Shown here: positions 52,681 to 64,000 of the stretch, piece after piece
How positions within the stretch are numbered: the stretch's first letter is position 1
How the letters are laid out: each line of letters opens with the position of its first letter
Source of the DNA: Octopus sinensis
Lineage: Eukaryota
Assembly: GCF_006345805.1 (NCBI RefSeq)
Contig: NC_043015.1
Span: 32,984,001-33,048,000 of the forward strand
Reading direction: 5' to 3'
DNA length: 64,000 nt
Notes under the pieces: model-generated
Told to the model about the DNA's origin: nothing
Seen by the model: the letters and a program-made list of their open reading frames with translations, nothing else
Databases searched by the model: none
Made by a program: the position numbers and the translations under genes

Positions 52681-53740
52681 TGCGGTGAGCGGGCAGAATT
52701 GTTAGCACGCAGGACAAAATGCTCAGCGACATTCTGGAAACTTTCTGAGTTCGAGCTCCGCAGGGACCGACTTTGCTTTTCATCTTTTCAGGGTGGATAA
52801 AATAAGCACCACTTGAGCATCGGGGTCGACGTAACCGACTTACCTTCTCACCTGAACTTACTGGCCTTGTACTAAAATTTGGAATCAATAACATAACGAA
52901 GGCGGCGAACTGGTAGAATCGTTAGCACCGCCGGGCGTAATGCTTAGCGGTATTTCGTCTGCCGTTACATTCTGAGTTCAAATTCCGCCGAGCTCGACTC
53001 TACCTTTCATCCTTTCGGGGTCGATAAATTAAGTACCAGTTACGCACTGGGGTCGATGTAATCGATTTAATACCTATGTCTGTCCTTGTTTGTCCCCTCT
53101 GTGTTTAGCCCCTTGTGGGTAATAAAGAAATAGGTATTTCGTCTTCTGTCTTTACGTTCTGAGTTTAAATTTCGCCTTTCATCCTGTCGGGGTCGATAAA
53201 TTAAGAACCAGTTGCGTACTGGGGTCTATCTAATCGACTGGCTCCGCCCCCTAAATTTCGGGCCTTGTGCCTACAGTAGAAAAGAATCGTTAGCACGCAG
53301 GATAAAGTGTTTAGCGGCATTTAGTCCGTCTAAATGTACTAGGCGGCGAGCTGGCAGAAGCGTTAGCACGCCGGGCGAAATACTTAGCGGTATTTCGGCT
53401 GCCGTTACGCTCTGAGTTCAAATTCCCCCGAGGTCGACTTTGCCTTTCATCCTTTCGGGGTCGATAAATTAAGTACCAGTTACGCACTGTGGTCGAAGTA
53501 ATCGACTTAATATCTATGTCTGTCCTTGTTTGTTCCCTCTGTGTTTAGCCCCTTGTCGGTAGTAAAGAAATAGGCACTTAGTCCGTCTTTATGTTTTAAG
53601 TTCACACTCCACCGAGGTCGACTTTGCCTTTCATCCATTCGGGGTTGATGAAATAATTAGCAGTTGAGAACAGGGGTCGATGTAATCAACCAGCCCCGTT
53701 CTCGCAAAATTTCAAGCCGTGCGCCTATGGCAGGAAGCTT
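52681..53740 (+). mobile_element. Head-to-tail array of ~6 SINE family 1 units
   Basis: Unit starts near 52681, 52900, 53130, 53280, 53341 and 53575; the same linker (ctatgtctgtccttgtttg...gtttagccccttgt..gtartaaagaaatagg) occurs twice. Confidence 0.85.
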
Positions 53741-53994
53741 ATTAATAACATAAGGGAGGTAACTTTTGTTTACTATAATAAAAAAGGGGAACAACTAGAA
53801 GTTTTTGCTTTTACTTTCGCTATAATTTGTTGCTGTTGCTATTCTTGTCATCACGTTGTGGTCGTTATTGTGTTTCGTGCGTGATTGCTGTAGTGGTGGT
53901 GGTGGTGGTCATGGTAGCTGTCGTTGTCGTCGTCGTCATCATCGTCGTCGTATTCGTTGGTGGAAAAGTTCAAAAGGTCAGATAGATATTTACA

Positions 53995-54035
<41 letters not shown>

Positions 54036-54649
54036 GCTTATGTTCCAGTGTATGTCTTCAAACAAGGCCACAGTATTTGTATATGTGTGTGTGTGTGTGC
54101 TTTATGAGTAACCGATATATTTGCGATTGTATGTGACTATGTGCATCTACAACACATCGTAAACCTCTGTGTGTGTTCAGAACAAGACTCTATTCAATAA
54201 TTTACGAGTCTTTGTCATATTTTGTATATATGTATGCATGAATATATTATTAATGAATATACGTATGCAAGTATGTTTTTCTTCCTATGATTTTACTGCT
54301 AATTTCGACCGTTCACCTGCGCAACGCAGAGTTATAAGGATATAAAAGCCCACTAAAACAAGGTTTTTACGATTTATTATCCTGCGCATAACTGTTCTCC
54401 CTTTGAACAATCTTAAAGGTTATTATCCCAGATGCCATAATCATCTGTAACGTATAAATTATGAAGCTATCTTCTTTTGACAATAATCAAAGGGCAGCTT
54501 GCTAAGAAATGTCCCGTCGCTCTAATAACTGGCATTAAACTGAAAATGTGTTTTGGGTGTGAGATTGGCAGGTTCCACATCCGCGTCCGTAGATGTCTTC
54601 TTTTACCGTATTCCTCTAAACGTGACCGACTGACTTCGACAATACACTG

Positions 54650-54686
<37 letters not shown>

Positions 54687-55134
54687 CATGAGTGTGTGGT
54701 TTCACTGCTATAGCCCCAGGCCCACCAACGACTTGTGAGTGGATTTGGTAGATGGAACCTGAAAGAAGTTCGTCGTATATTCTTTTTTTTTTCTTTTACT
54801 TGTTTCAGTCATTTGACTGCGGCCATGCTGGAGCACCACCTTGAAGGGTTAAGTAAATCGACCTTGAAGGGTTAAAGAAATCGATCTCAGGACTTTTTTA
54901 AAGCCTAGTATTTATTTTTCTCCTTCGACGAACCGCCAAGTTACGGGGGCGTAAACATACCAACACCGGTTGTCAAGAAGTGATGGTCGTACAAAAACAG
55001 ACACAAAGACACACATACATAGTTATATGCAAATATATATATGACGGGCTTCTTTCAGTTTCCGTCTCTCAAATCCCCGCACAAGGCCTTGGTCGGCCCG
55101 AGGCCATAGCAGAAGACACTTGCCCAACGTGCTA

Positions 55135-55740
55135 CCTTGATCACCTTGACCGACCAGACTGTCGGGTGTCGTTTCGATACCGCTGGTCACAGCACATCGT
55201 CCAATTCCTGACTGGATCGTGCCTTCTTCATCCACATCACTCCAAATACTTGTCATATTTCGTCAACCCACCGTTTTGGAGGCCTTCCAAGTGGCCTCTT
55301 CTGCTTGCGCGGATACTCGGCAAGTGCGTAAGCCCACCGATTGTCGGTAAACCGAACGACGAGTCCAGCCCACCTGAACTTCTGTCGTCTGCATTCGGTG
55401 AGGATGTCTCTCACGCCAGATTTCTCTCTGACCGTTTCGCTCCGGATGTCCTCTTTCAACGTCGCTCCCATCATCGATCTCTCCATAGCTCTTCGAGCAG
55501 TCACCAGCCTCCAGGCTCTGCTCTTCTCTCTTCGTCGTGGCCCAGGTTTCGCTTCCGTACAAAACTGCAGATAAAACCGTTCCGTTGGAGAGGTAGGCGC
55601 GACTGGTCCAATCCAGCTTTCCTTTGAGCACATCTTTGATGAAGTCGAACGCTTCCATCTGGCTCTTATTCTCTCCGCGAGTGCCCTGAAAGTGACCCGT
55701 GAAAGAGCACTTGACCATTTAACATACGACTATCATGACA
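55135..55740 (-). mobile_element. RTE LINE 3' fragment (end of RT plus 3' tail)
   Basis: ...TVLSAVLYGSETWATTKREE / AMERSMMG...IRSETVREKSGVRDI...KFRWAGLVVRFTDNRW...KRPLGRPPKRWVDEI; tail at 55141-55193. Confidence 0.85.
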
Positions 55741-56519
55741 CTCCAGCATTCTTCTTCTTCTTCTTCTTCTTCTTCTTCTTCTTCTTCTTCTTCTTCTTCT
55801 TCTTCTTCTTCTCCTCCTCCTTCTTCTTCTTCTTCTTCTTCTTCTTCTTCTTCTTCTTCTTCTTCTTCTTTTTCTTCTTCTTCCCTACCAAGAATTCACA
55901 ACGACCTCGAATACTCTTTCCATTCGAAACCCTGTATGTATGTGTGTGTGTTTATTATGTATGTATGTATGTATGTATGTATGTCTTAGTATACGTGTTT
56001 GAGCTTCACCACTGCTTGACAACTGGTATTGGTGTGTTTACATCCCCGTAACTTAGCAGTTCGCCAAAAGAGTACAGTAGAATAAGTACCAGGTGGTGAG
56101 CTGGCAGAAACGTTAGCACACCGGGTGAAATGCTTAGCGGTATTTCGTCTGCCGCTACGTTCTGAGTTCAAATTCCGACTTTGCCTTTCATCCTTTCGGG
56201 ATCGATTAAATAAGATTAAATAAGATTAAATAAGTTCGATTAAAACTCTTCGAGACAGTGTCCCAGCTTGGCAGTTTTCTAACGACTGAAACAAGTAAAA
56301 GATAAAAGCTTTACTAACTTAGCCAAGAGTACGAATAATTATAAGGTGTAATTCATCACAATGCAAATAACATTATGAAAGCCAGTATATAAAACGTGCA
56401 TGGTAACAATGACAGTTGGGTAGTGAATAATTTTGTGACTATCAAATTGCTTAGTTAACTTTTTGAGGATTCTGTTAAATTATAATTCGAAAAACTTCAA
56501 CTGGTTGAAATGATACAGT

Positions 56520-56690
56520 TCTATATTTAAGAGATGAGGAATTGTGTACATTATTTACATTATTTACAATTGATGGATATTTGTCCTCATCTTGTTTGTT
56601 GTTAACACAACGTTTCGGCTGAAAAACCCTCCAGTCTTTGTCAGGTGTCTTGGAGAAATTTCGAACCTGGGTCCTCATTCCTAAGAGTGC
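56520..56690 (-). mobile_element. Penelope-like pLTR repeat with a degenerate hammerhead (56604-56649)
   Basis: Minus strand: gacac-CUGACAA-a-gactg..cagcc-GAAAC-GUU-gtgtt. The core is mutated (G8 lost). A related truncated copy lies at ~52015-52140. Confidence 0.55.
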
Positions 56691-56849
56691 AAGTCTATCC
56701 ACGCGCACGCACATATGTGCCCACACCAACCAATTCAGGTAACCAAAAACCACAAAAGCTGTTTTGACTTAAACAAAAGAACCTTCCACTTTGTCAAGAA
56801 CCGGCTTCAACTCTTCAGTGGAAAAAAGTTAAAATTAATCCCAAAGAAA

Positions 56850-57155
56850 CATACATACATACATACATACATACATACGTACGTACGTACGTACATACAT
56901 ACATACATACATACATACATACATACGTACGTACGTACGTACGTACATACATACATACATACATACATACATACATACATACATACATACATACATACGT
57001 ACGTACGTACGTACGTACGTACATACATGCATACATACATACATACATACATACATGCATACATACATACACACACATATACATAAATAAATACATACAT
57101 GCATGCATACATACACACATACATACATACACACACACACATACATACCATACAT

Positions 57156-57186
<31 letters not shown>

Positions 57187-58169
57187 TACATACATACATA
57201 CATACATACATACATACATACATACATACATACATACATACATACACACAATACATACATACATACATACATACATACATACATACGTACGTACGTACGT
57301 ACGTACATACATACATACATACATACATATATACATACATACATACATACATACGTACGTACGTACGTACATACATACATACATACATACATACATACAT
57401 ACATACATACATACATACGTACGTACGTACATACATGCATACATACATACATACATACATACATGCATACATACATACACACACATATACATAAATAAAT
57501 ACATACATGCATGCATGCATGCATACATACACACATACATACATACACACACACACATACATACATACATACACACATACATACATGCATGCATACATAC
57601 ATACATACATACATACATACACCACACACACACACATACATACATACATACATACATACATACATACATACACACACATACATACATACATACATACATA
57701 CATACATACATACATACATACATACACATACACATACATACATACATACATACACACACACATACATACATACATATATACATACATACATACATACACA
57801 CATACATACATACATACATACACACACACATACATACATACATACATACATACACACACACATACATACATACATACATACATACAACACACACATACAT
57901 ACATACCACATACATACATACACACCCACATACATACATACATACACACACCATACATACATACATACATACATACATACATACATACACACACTACATA
58001 CATACATACACACACCACATACATACATACATACATACATACATACTACACACACACATACATACATACATACATACATACATACATACATACACACACA
58101 CATACATACATACATACATACACACACATACATACATACACACACACACACATACATACATACATACAT

Positions 58170-58206
<37 letters not shown>

Positions 58207-58313
58207 TACATACATACATACATACATACATACATACAGACACACACATACATACATACATACATACATACATACACACATACACACACACACACACACA
58301 TACATACATACAT

Positions 58314-58344
<31 letters not shown>

Positions 58345-58413
58345 TACATACATACATACATACACACACACATACATACATACATACATACATACATACA
58401 TACATACACACAC

Positions 58414-58444
<31 letters not shown>

Positions 58445-58463
58445 TACATACATACATACATAC

Positions 58464-58496
<33 letters not shown>

Positions 58497-58497
58497 T

Positions 58498-58528
<31 letters not shown>

Positions 58529-58545
58529 TACATACATACATACAT

Positions 58546-58576
<31 letters not shown>

Positions 58577-58616
58577 TACATACATACAACACACACACAC
58601 ACATACATACATACAT

Positions 58617-58647
<31 letters not shown>

Positions 58648-58648
58648 T

Positions 58649-58681
<33 letters not shown>

Positions 58682-58871
58682 TACATACATACATACATAC
58701 ATACATACATACACACATACATACATACACACACACACATACATACATACATACATACACACACACATACATACATACATACATACATACATACATACAT
58801 ACATACATACACACATACATACATACATACATACATACATACATACACACACACATACATACATACATACA

Positions 58872-58900
<29 letters not shown>
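56850..58900. repeat. ~2 kb (ACAT)n/(AC)n/(ACGT)n microsatellite array
   Basis: Directly visible. Confidence 0.97.
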
Positions 58901-58902
<2 letters not shown>

Positions 58903-59295
58903 CAGTGCAAAGAATGCTGGTGGAACATTCCCATCAAAATGTCTGTCAAGTGGAAGCATAACAGGCCGGATATTGTTATTTGGTACGGACAAGAAACGTA
59001 TGCACCGTCACAGAGGTCAGCTGCTTCTGCTGATGTGAATCTCTCTTTGAAAATCAAAGAGAAAGAAGATAACTAAGGACAACTTCTTCGAAACCTCCAG
59101 CTTCTATTTCAGGATTGCAAATTTTCCTTTATACCAATGATTATTGAAGCACTTGGTTTCGTAAGTGAATGCCTCGCTTGTCGGTCTGGATAAGCTGGCT
59201 TGGATTTTCAGAAGAAGAAATCAAGCAACTGATTCCCACATTACAAATACAATCTGTAAACAGAAAAGTAAGACTATGCAAGACTTTTCCCGACA
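58903..59295 (+). mobile_element. Restriction-like endonuclease domain remnant of an RLE non-LTR retrotransposon (R4/Dong-like)
   Basis: ECWWNIPIKMSVKWKHNRPDIVIW...CTVTEVSC..DVNLSLKIKEKEDN*...FIPMIIEALG: a PD-(D/E)xK-type RLE pattern with frameshifts. Confidence 0.75.
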
Positions 59296-59883
59296 ATAAA
59301 GAGTTAACTTACCTATCGAAAGGTTTGTGGTTCATGTAAGCGAGTGTGACTTGATCAAAAGAAGTACTGAGCTTTTTATATTTGTTTTAAGTACCTATGC
59401 GGTTGCAAACACTTATAGATAACCTCTTGGTCCCTTCATCCTTGACCCAATTGAATATCAAAGATGTGGGGATCAGAGGGAGTGAGGGCTATACCTAGTA
59501 GCGTGCCAACCGGGGTAGCCCTTGAATTTGTCACCAGCTCCGTATAAGCTTTTATAAAGCAGACTCAAAAGTGTCACCCTATAACGAAAAAAGTGTATCT
59601 GGGGTAGTCCACCCCTGTTACCTACTTTAGGTACGCTACTGGCTGCACCAAAACTAGACTGGCATTCATTTTTAGCTGGAACTACGTGAAATGAAGTACC
59701 TTGCTCAAGGACAAAGCACCATCCGGTTAAAGAATCGAAACCGCGACCTCGTGATCGCGAGCCTCAAGCGTTCTGTTTCCTTCTTGTTAACATTAATGAC
59801 TGGGTTGTAAGAATTATATGGGGCTCACAGAATGCTGTAACATCTTAGGATTTTCTTAATTTTAAACTTCTCGCAGCTCTAGT

Positions 59884-59947
<64 letters not shown>

Positions 59948-60275
59948 TACAGTCAGGTTATTGGGAAATATTTTGTGAAGCTTACCCACTTATGATCTTG
60001 CAATCAAGCTTTTCCTTCCCCACCCCACCCTAGTTAATGCTATTTCCTATTTCACGCACTTTCGGTTGTCGTAAGAGCCTCGATAAAAGGCCGAGTAGAT
60101 AACAAAAAAAAAACCATTTTAACTTCCCTACCAAACCTGTAGCTGTCAAAAGCCGAATTCCCTTAATATATCAGTGTTTTATTTCTTTAGGGGCGATATT
60201 GATGGAATAACTCGATTGTCTTTCGTAAAGGATGTCGATGACTTCTTTATATAATGCCACCTTTTCGTTTTCAAG

Positions 60276-60350
60276 ATGTTGAGGAATGCTTTGTCAGCTA
60301 TTTCTAGCAGGACGGAGGGGTACCCTGGCTGGCTGGCTGCCTGTCTTGAG
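60276..60350 (+). CDS. Tentative coding exon D: MLRNALSAISSRTEGYPGWLAACLE (or 60311-60350 from the downstream acceptor)
   Basis: Acceptor cttttcgttttcaAG (60274-60275). An alternative acceptor ctagcAG (60309-60310) would take phase 2 from exon B in the same frame. The donor GAG|GTGGGA is weak. Confidence 0.35.
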
Positions 60351-60715
60351 GTGGGAGTGGCGAAGTGTTCGTGAGAAGAAATATATTAAGAGATAAGATA
60401 GCACCAAGAGTAGATAACTCTTGTTGTATTTTCCTCCCCCAACATAAGAACAAGTGGAACGACTTTACGCGAGGCGGCTGCTTTGTTAAGAAACTCTGCT
60501 GCATTTCTGTTCCTGGCATTAATTAATCTTCAATGATAATGAAACGACTTTGTTAATGTTATGAAGTAATCTATTACGCATATATGCTTGATGGCTGTCG
60601 TATGTATTTTCGTAACGCATTGATCAAATATTTCCCCACATGCAGTAAACTTCTTCTTCTTTTCACCTCTGTTGATTAACCTTGCCTTCTATTAAACACA
60701 CACACACACATACAT

Positions 60716-60795
<80 letters not shown>

Positions 60796-60947
60796 ATGGA
60801 AATGCTCGCACATGCTATGTACGTTAATTATCCTCCGCCGCCACGTATCTCGCTGATATCTATGTTACACACCGCCACAACACACGAGACATTTCTCTCT
60901 CTTTCTTTGTGTGTTTTGCGAGAAGATAAAAGTCATCAAGTGTAAAC

Positions 60948-61967
60948 ATGGTCTTTAAACTCACCAGAACTGTCTACCACGCATGGACCAAACTGACCCC
61001 ACGCGTGTTATTAGCCGATGGAATGCGACGGAGATCGTTCGATGCTGGACGCAAATTATCTTCGAATTGTTGTCACCTGGATTGTAGTTCCGCTAAAAGA
61101 ATCGTCGGCAAATATGACACGATTCTTCTCGATTGTGATGGAGTAATCTGGGGGACCGATCATGTCAGTCGGATGGACAAAGTCAACGAAGCACTCCACA
61201 AGCTTCGACAACATGGAAAACAGCTTTTATTTGTGACCAACAACAGTTTACATTCAACGAACACGTTCTTCGACAAGTTTGTCCAATACGGATTTGATAT
61301 CAACCACGACGAAATATTTTGTATTAATTCTGCTGCAGCTTTTTACCTGAAGTCAGTTCTTGGAGTGAAAAAATCTGTCTATGTGATCGGTTCTGAAGCT
61401 ATGGGAACAGAATTACAAAACTTAAAAATCGATCATTTTGGAATTGGGCCAGAGCCCGACTCGACCTCACGTAAGATCGATGATCTTTTACATATGCACT
61501 TTAGGGACGATGTTGAGGCGGTCCTGGTTGGATTCGACGAGTATTTGTGTTATAACAAACTTTATAAAGCCTCTAGTTATTTACAGGACCCTGATTGCCA
61601 TTTCATAGTGACCAGTGATGTTGAAATGGGGACCAAAATAGGCCCCAACCGATACCGTCCTTCAGTCGGGGCCGTGGTGGGCGCCGTTTCGGCGGCTGCT
61701 CACCCGAGAAAATATACTGTTGTTGGGAAACCAAGCTCTTTTCTTTATAAATTCATCAAATTGAAATTTCCTGAATTAAATCTTAATAAAATCCTTACAA
61801 TCGGAGACAGCCTAAAGTCCGATATAAAATTTGCGAAAAATATCGGTTCTGATTCAGCATTGGTACTGTCAGGAGCATCAGACATGCAGACACTATTAAA
61901 TACTCCCGATGTGGATAAACCTAACTACTATTTTCAGAACCTTGCTTTGTTTGCTGAAGTACTGTGA
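60948..61967 (+). CDS. HAD-superfamily subfamily IIA phosphatase (phosphoglycolate/glycerol-3-phosphate/pyridoxal phosphatase-like), single-exon ORF, 339 aa
   Basis: Motif I LLDCDGVIW, motif II FVTNNS, motif III VVGKP, motif IV IGDSLKSD, and C2-cap AVLVGFD...YNKL. Kozak-like aaacATGG with an in-frame upstream stop at 60927. Orthology (PGP vs PDXP) cannot be fixed by eye. Confidence 0.93.
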   Translation: MVFKLTRTVYHAWTKLTPRVLLADGMRRRSFDAGRKLSSNCCHLDCSSAKRIVGKYDTILLDCDGVIWGTDHVSRMDKVNEALHKLRQHGKQLLFVTNNSLHSTNTFFDKFVQYGFDINHDEIFCINSAAAFYLKSVLGVKKSVYVIGSEAMGTELQNLKIDHFGIGPEPDSTSRKIDDLLHMHFRDDVEAVLVGFDEYLCYNKLYKASSYLQDPDCHFIVTSDVEMGTKIGPNRYRPSVGAVVGAVSAAAHPRKYTVVGKPSSFLYKFIKLKFPELNLNKILTIGDSLKSDIKFAKNIGSDSALVLSGASDMQTLLNTPDVDKPNYYFQNLALFAEVL

Positions 61968-62118
61968 TATCTGTTTATCGTTTATTTAACTATTTTTGAA
62001 GTAGAACTTCTTGTGTTGTTTTGCCTTAAACGAAATTACTTGGGCTGTCTTCGAAGACCTCAAGTGTGTGTGTGTGTTAAATTTACTCAGAAGTTTATTT
62101 CTATACAGGACCTTTTTT

Positions 62119-62124
62119 AATAAA
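62119..62124 (+). terminator. Candidate polyadenylation signal of the HAD gene
   Basis: AATAAA ~150 nt after the stop codon, with U-rich sequence downstream. Confidence 0.4.
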
Positions 62125-62255
62125 CCCCTTTTATAAGGAACTCAGGAAGAAAAGATACATGTATTTTATTTATATTCTTTATTTTTAATTTGATTTATTC
62201 ATTTACAGTTGTACATGTATTTACAGATTATTATATACAAACAAAAGAAAATAAC

Positions 62256-62494
62256 TATTTCTTTATTGCCCACAAGGGGCTAAACATAGAGGGGACAAAA
62301 AAGTACAGACAAACGGATTAAGTCGATTACATCGACCCCAGTGCGTAACTGGTACTTAATTTATCAACCCCGAAAGGATGAAAAGTAAAGTCGACCTCGG
62401 CAGAATTTGAACTCAGAATGCGGCGGCGGATGAAATACCACAAAGCATTTCGCCCGGCGTGCTAACGATTCTGCCAGCTTGCCGCTTTCAAAAG
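62256..62494 (-). mobile_element. SINE family 1 (unit + linker) with a 13-bp TSD
   Basis: aaaagaaaataac at 62243-62255 and 62495-62507. Confidence 0.8.
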
Positions 62495-63143
62495 AAAAGA
62501 AAATAACACTTGCATCATTCGTGAACCCCTGTAACAGTTATTAGTTTTGATTGGGATTAACTTCATTATGATTGAATTAATTTGTTTGTTAATTAGCAAC
62601 TTGGTGTTCATGTCACAACCTAGAGTCAACAACTGATGGGTTATAAGGACGGTATGTGCATTTTCAGGCAGAATCGTTGGCATGCCAGGCAAAATATTTA
62701 GCGGCATTTCACCCGTCTTTACTTCCTCAGTTCAAATTCCTCAAAGCCGACTTTGCTTTACGTCCTTTCGGGGTCGATAAAATAAGTACCGGTTGAGTAT
62801 TTAGTGTTGTATAATAAAGTGTGTTTGGGTATTAATGGAGTAACTGAAAGAAGGAAATAAATAATAGATAATAAAGCACCTAGATTAGTTACACCTGAAG
62901 GTAGATAGTTTTACTTATTTAGAACTTCACAATATATATATACACATTATAAATATATATATGGCCTGTTTTGATGGACTAAATATCACATGCACACGTG
63001 TGTGTGTGTGTATTTCAAACACATGTTGAAAACAACTGAACTAATTTTAGCTTTCTTATCAGGGTTTTTGACATATTCAGCATGATTTCCTTCAACACAC
63101 GCACAAACATATATACATATACATAGATACATATATATATATA

Positions 63144-63432
63144 TCATCGTGACCGACTAGGCTATCAGATGTTGCTACACAATGCTGGTCACAATGCGCT
63201 TCGCGTTGTTTTAGCCTTCAAATGACGCCACCCTGCTGGCTAAGCGAACAGGCCAACAGAAGAAAGAGTGAGAGAAAGTTGTGGCGAAAGAGTACAGCAG
63301 GGATTGCCACCACCCCCTGCCGGAGTCTTGTGGAGCTTTAGGCATTTGCGCTCAATAAACACTCACAACGCCCAGTCTGGGAATCGAAACCGCGAGTCCG
63401 CTGCCCTAACCACTGGGCCATTGTGCCTCCAC
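63144..63432 (-). mobile_element. tRNA-derived SINE (head A + RTE-like tail Y)
   Basis: Head and body nearly identical to 29560-29725; the tail at 63144-63198 is homologous to the RTE 3' ends at 13022 and 55141. Confidence 0.8.
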
Positions 63433-63460
63433 ACACACACACATATATATATATATTATG

Positions 63461-64000
63461 AAAGTAGGAGTACACCAAGATACAATCTTCAGTCTTCGCC
63501 TTTTCATTGTAGTCCTACTGACCATCACAGAGGAGTTTTAAACTGTAAGTTCACAGGAATTTCTGTATGCTGATGATCTAGTTCTCATTGATGTATCTTT
63601 AGGGGAATTCGAGAGGAAATTCCAGGCATTGACTCTAAACCTAGAATCATGATGCCTCAAGTTAACTAAGCAAGTAGAAAAGTTTTAGTAAAAAAAGAGA
63701 ATAGGACCCTGGTATCTTCAGGGAAATGACCCTACACAACGTGAAGAAAAGTAGATGTATATTCCATATGTTAGACCCAGCATAAGTTATGGACACAGAA
63801 GCAGTTTAATGGAATCACAGACTAAGAGAGAAAGTTGGCTTCGTATGTGACTGATGCACCAGATTAGTAAGTTCTGTGAACACACCAGAAGTCGATTCTC
63901 TTAAGTGCCCAGGTGGCTCATTCACAGTGGCAGATTGGTTTTTTTTTTGTTTACCTGGGAGTAAAATTAGCAGGGAAGGTGATTGCTCCAAAAATATAGT
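63461..64000 (+). mobile_element. RTE LINE reverse transcriptase remnant (runs off the window)
   Basis: KVGVHQDTIFSLRLFIVVL...EFLYADDLVL (YADD at 63566-63577), with stops and frameshifts. Confidence 0.85.

Overview
AT-rich, microsatellite-saturated eukaryotic genomic DNA. The interspersed SINE families look like those of coleoid cephalopods (Octopus); this is inferred from recognition, not from a search. Almost all ORFs in the supplied track are microsatellite artefacts. Supported content: (1) one intact single-exon HAD-IIA phosphatase gene (PGP/PDXP-like, 60948-61967 +). (2) A candidate multi-exon host gene on + that the ORF track misses, with short, phase-compatible exons at 4518-4548, 28832-28940, 45062-45101 and possibly 60276-60350, so most of the window is probably intron. 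(3) A full-length, structurally intact 5S rRNA copy abutting the 3' module of a SINE. (4) Many transposon relics: Tc1, mariner, Chapaev3-like, hAT MITE, Helitron-like, RTE LINEs, an RLE (R4/Dong-like) fragment, a probable Gypsy gag fragment and several tRNA-derived SINE families. (5) Type I hammerhead ribozyme motifs in at least four Penelope-like repeat families, several sitting in fold-back palindromes, including a perfect 163-bp inverted repeat with a hammerhead on each strand. A 100-N gap (42669-42768) is flanked by a ~1 kb duplication that is probably an assembly artefact. Boundaries of decayed repeats are approximate (about +/-20 bp). Splice, TIR, TSD and ribozyme coordinates were counted by hand.
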